Positions 61,461 to 64,000 of a stretch of 64,000 bases of DNA are shown piece by piece. The stretch is taken from the NCBI RefSeq assembly GCF_006345805.1, contig NC_043004.1, positions 42,594,001 to 42,658,000 on the forward strand, given 5' to 3'. A program made the translations under genes and the position numbers. The notes under the pieces were generated by a model. The model was not told the origin of the DNA. It ran no database searches and saw only the letters and a program-made list of their open reading frames with translations. Origin of the DNA: Octopus sinensis (taxonomy: Eukaryota). Within the stretch, counting starts at the first letter, position 1. Every line of letters begins with the position of its first letter.

Positions 61461-61545
61461 TTCAGGTCACTGCTACGAATCGAACTCGGAATCTTGGGGT
61501 TAGTAGCGCGTGCTATTAACAACAACGCCATACGCCAGTGGGTAA
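61140..61545 (-). mobile_element. tRNA-headed SINE with internal (TAA)n and a 3' hammerhead motif
   Basis: Minus strand: TGGCGTTGTTG (A-box-like)..GAGTTCGATTC (B box)..GCAGTGACCTGAA-(TAA)n-ATCGAAAAATACC..HHR (61188-61233). Confidence 0.7.
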
Positions 61546-61564
61546 TTATGGAGTGAATTTTAGG

Positions 61565-61595
61565 GATTCCGAATTCGATACCAGGCAGTGACCTG

Positions 61596-61630
<35 letters not shown>

Positions 61631-61842
61631 TAATAATAATAATTAATAATAATAATAATGTCGAAAAATACCCTGGGAATGAAAATCCACGTTCGAAATT
61701 TGCACAAGACATCTGATGAAGGCTGGAGGGTATATCAGCCGAAAAGTCGTGTTAACAACTAACAAGATGAGGAAAAATATCCGTCAAAATGTAAATAATA
61801 TAAATAATGTACTTAATTCGTCATCTCTGAAATATAGAACTG
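61565..61842 (+). mobile_element. Second, 5'-clipped copy of the HHR-SINE, head-to-head with the first
   Basis: GAATTCGATACCAGGCAGTGACCTGA-(TAA)n-TCGAAAAATACC..HHR at 61708-61753. Confidence 0.75.
61708..61753 (+). ncRNA. Minimal type-I hammerhead motif
   Basis: GACAU-CUGAUGA-a-GGCUG(gaggguauau)CAGCC-GAAA-AGU-C|GUGUU. Confidence 0.65.
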
Positions 61843-62479
61843 GACTATGTTTATGTAGAATCTATATATGACTTTTTTCCCAACGTAATAACCGTAGGCA
61901 GTAATTCGATGTCAAATTTGATAAACGTCAGGAAACTCACATTTATTTTGTTTTAACTGAAAAAAAGTCACCCCAACTTAAGAAATTGTTCTCCTCTTTT
62001 GATCAAAATAATCCAAAATTCTAGCGGGGTTCATAACGCCTGCTCCTGTTTTTACCAAAATTGGTGTGCTTGTGCAAAGCAATGCAGAAACACTATATCT
62101 GCAAATTCACTCTTCTAGTTGAAGTGGCTCCGGAGTTATGGGCTTTTAATACAATCATCTTTAACTGGCATTAAACTCAAACTTCAGTATTTCCGCTGCT
62201 AAATCCTTGAAAACGCAAGAGAGATGTGGAATAAAAGTGTATTTATACATTTTTAAGATTACTTAACTGAAATTGCTCTATGCAAATGTTCAAAACTAGG
62301 ATATTTTAAGACAGAGGCCACTACATATATTCGATAAGATACAAAATTGAAAACAATACATATTTTTAATTTTATAGGTTTAATCCCAATTTTAAATAAC
62401 TGTACAAGAAAATAGGTGCGGGATATTATTAAAATTTTAAACATAACAAAGAAATGATGTTTTGTTAGATAAAATAAAT

Positions 62480-64000
62480 CGAAGCTGAAATTTCTCCTTT
62501 TTACAAACGTCATAAAGATCTGGAAGGCACCTGACTGCCTGTGCTGCAATCTGATTTGTTCTTGGGAATTTTCAGTTCTGATGGTTTTCGACTCGAAAAG
62601 TCTTTTACAGAGTTCAATGCTTTATTTTTATGAAGTTGCAGGCTACCACATAATTTCTGATAATCATGTGCATTGGACATTTGGCCAGTAAACCAAAACT
62701 CTACCCAGCTGCAAAAGATGAATCAACACACATTGAGAAGCAGAACCCTGGTAAAAGAATAAATGCCAAAATAGTTAGTAATGTTCGAGAAAACCCTCTT
62801 GCATTACTTAAGTCGGATATTTTTTGAAACTTTACAGTAGGAAATTTGCTGGTTTCTTCAAAGAAACGAAAAAAACCTGATCAGATGAAATAGAAATTTC
62901 ATGTCATCGCACCATCCAGCTGATTCAGTAATCCTTTCTTCACTATTCTTGGAATTAGCCTGGAGTTTCTAGTAATTACTCAAATGCTCTGGAATGAATG
63001 TATATTCAATATTGGGAGATGACTTTTTCTTCTCCAATTTGGTTATCCATTACAAGACGAAGAACCCTATCAAGGATATGATGCTGACAAACACTAAATT
63101 GCGGTTCTTTGAAACACTTTTGAGTAAACAGTCTTTGCAACTGAATGATAATTTCATTTCTCTTCCCAGTGTTCACACTCATTGTATCAGCGACAATCAT
63201 CTTTACACAGTTCCATAAATTATATTCATCCAAAACAGCCCTTATTCCTTTCACAACCATATCGGATTTTCCGTTTGTTAATTGGACTGCTTCTAACTTA
63301 AATTATAACTGTTCATTCTTTTAAAGTAGCACTTGGTTTTCTCGGTCATCAATACGTTTCCCATCAATATACAATGACCAGTTTTGTAAATGTGTTTTCG
63401 TCATTTTCTGTTTTATTTTAACAGCTTCTTTGATAGTCGATATGCAAATACCAGATTTTGCTATGCTTCCTCCTTGTATATGTGGATTCTTTATCTGATT
63501 TTTCGAACTCTTGATATTCCCTTTCAGGCTCTGCTTTAGACGTTGACGACACTCGGGCTGAAGTTGGCAATAAGGACACTTTTCTTCTTTCGGATGGATG
63601 GATAGTTTTGGAACTGGCTGCATTTCCAGTTCCATACCCAATCTTTCAATTTGAAAATAATATACCTAACCTCACTGCCCAACAATTCACCGTGTTCCTT
63701 TGTGATGTCAAAAATTCCTTTCCATCAATCGTGTATTCCTCGTTTTACACATTTTCGTATGTATTCAGCACTTATACTTTTGCTTGTACATTTGGAATTG
63801 ATAAATATGGGAAATTTAATTCCTTTTTGCTATAAAAGAGTTACTTCTTTTGAAGTTTCTTTTGTTCTTTCTTTCGTTCCTTTTACGGTACCTACAAAGA
63901 ACAGGTAGCGACCGACAATTCTAAGTTCCGTTGGTATCATGAAGTTGATTTCCAAGGAATGCTCTTCAAGAGGAAAAGGTCTTCTTTTCTTGTGTGAGTC
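62480..64000 (-). mobile_element. Decayed hAT-like (hATm-type) DNA transposase, running off the window edge
   Basis: WSLYIDGK, MIVADTMSVNTGKRN, CQHHILD, GWCDDMKFL, LSNAR..ILAFIL. Confidence 0.6.

Noticed and set aside
61460-61545. tRNA gene
   Set aside because: No complete cloverleaf or acceptor stem; it is the head of a SINE.

Overview
AT-rich eukaryotic DNA dominated by microsatellites ((TA)n, (CA)n, (TAA)n, (GAA)n, (GA)n). The SINE repertoire resembles that of octopod cephalopods (inferred from recognition, no search run). I see no host-gene exon, and most ORFs in the track are microsatellite read-throughs. The real coding remnants are all transposon-derived: a near-full-length R4/Dong-type RLE non-LTR retrotransposon (1-4.2 kb) plus three more R4/Dong pieces sitting in (TAA)n, a CR1-like LINE 3' end, two Penelope-like (PLE) remnants, and decayed Tigger/pogo, mariner, maT-like, piggyBac-like and hAT-like transposases. 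There are also tRNA-derived SINEs, MITEs, and a 3.3-kb duplication with an adjacent 0.79-kb inversion. The most interesting signal is non-coding: type-I hammerhead ribozyme (HHR) motifs in at least five unrelated repeat families. These are three 360-480 bp tandem 'retrozyme'-like units (one array starts exactly at the predicted self-cleavage site), a PLE pLTR-like family, and a tRNA-headed SINE carrying an HHR. Together they point to a ribozyme-dependent, PLE-mobilised set of non-autonomous retroelements. All folds were read by eye and have not been computed.
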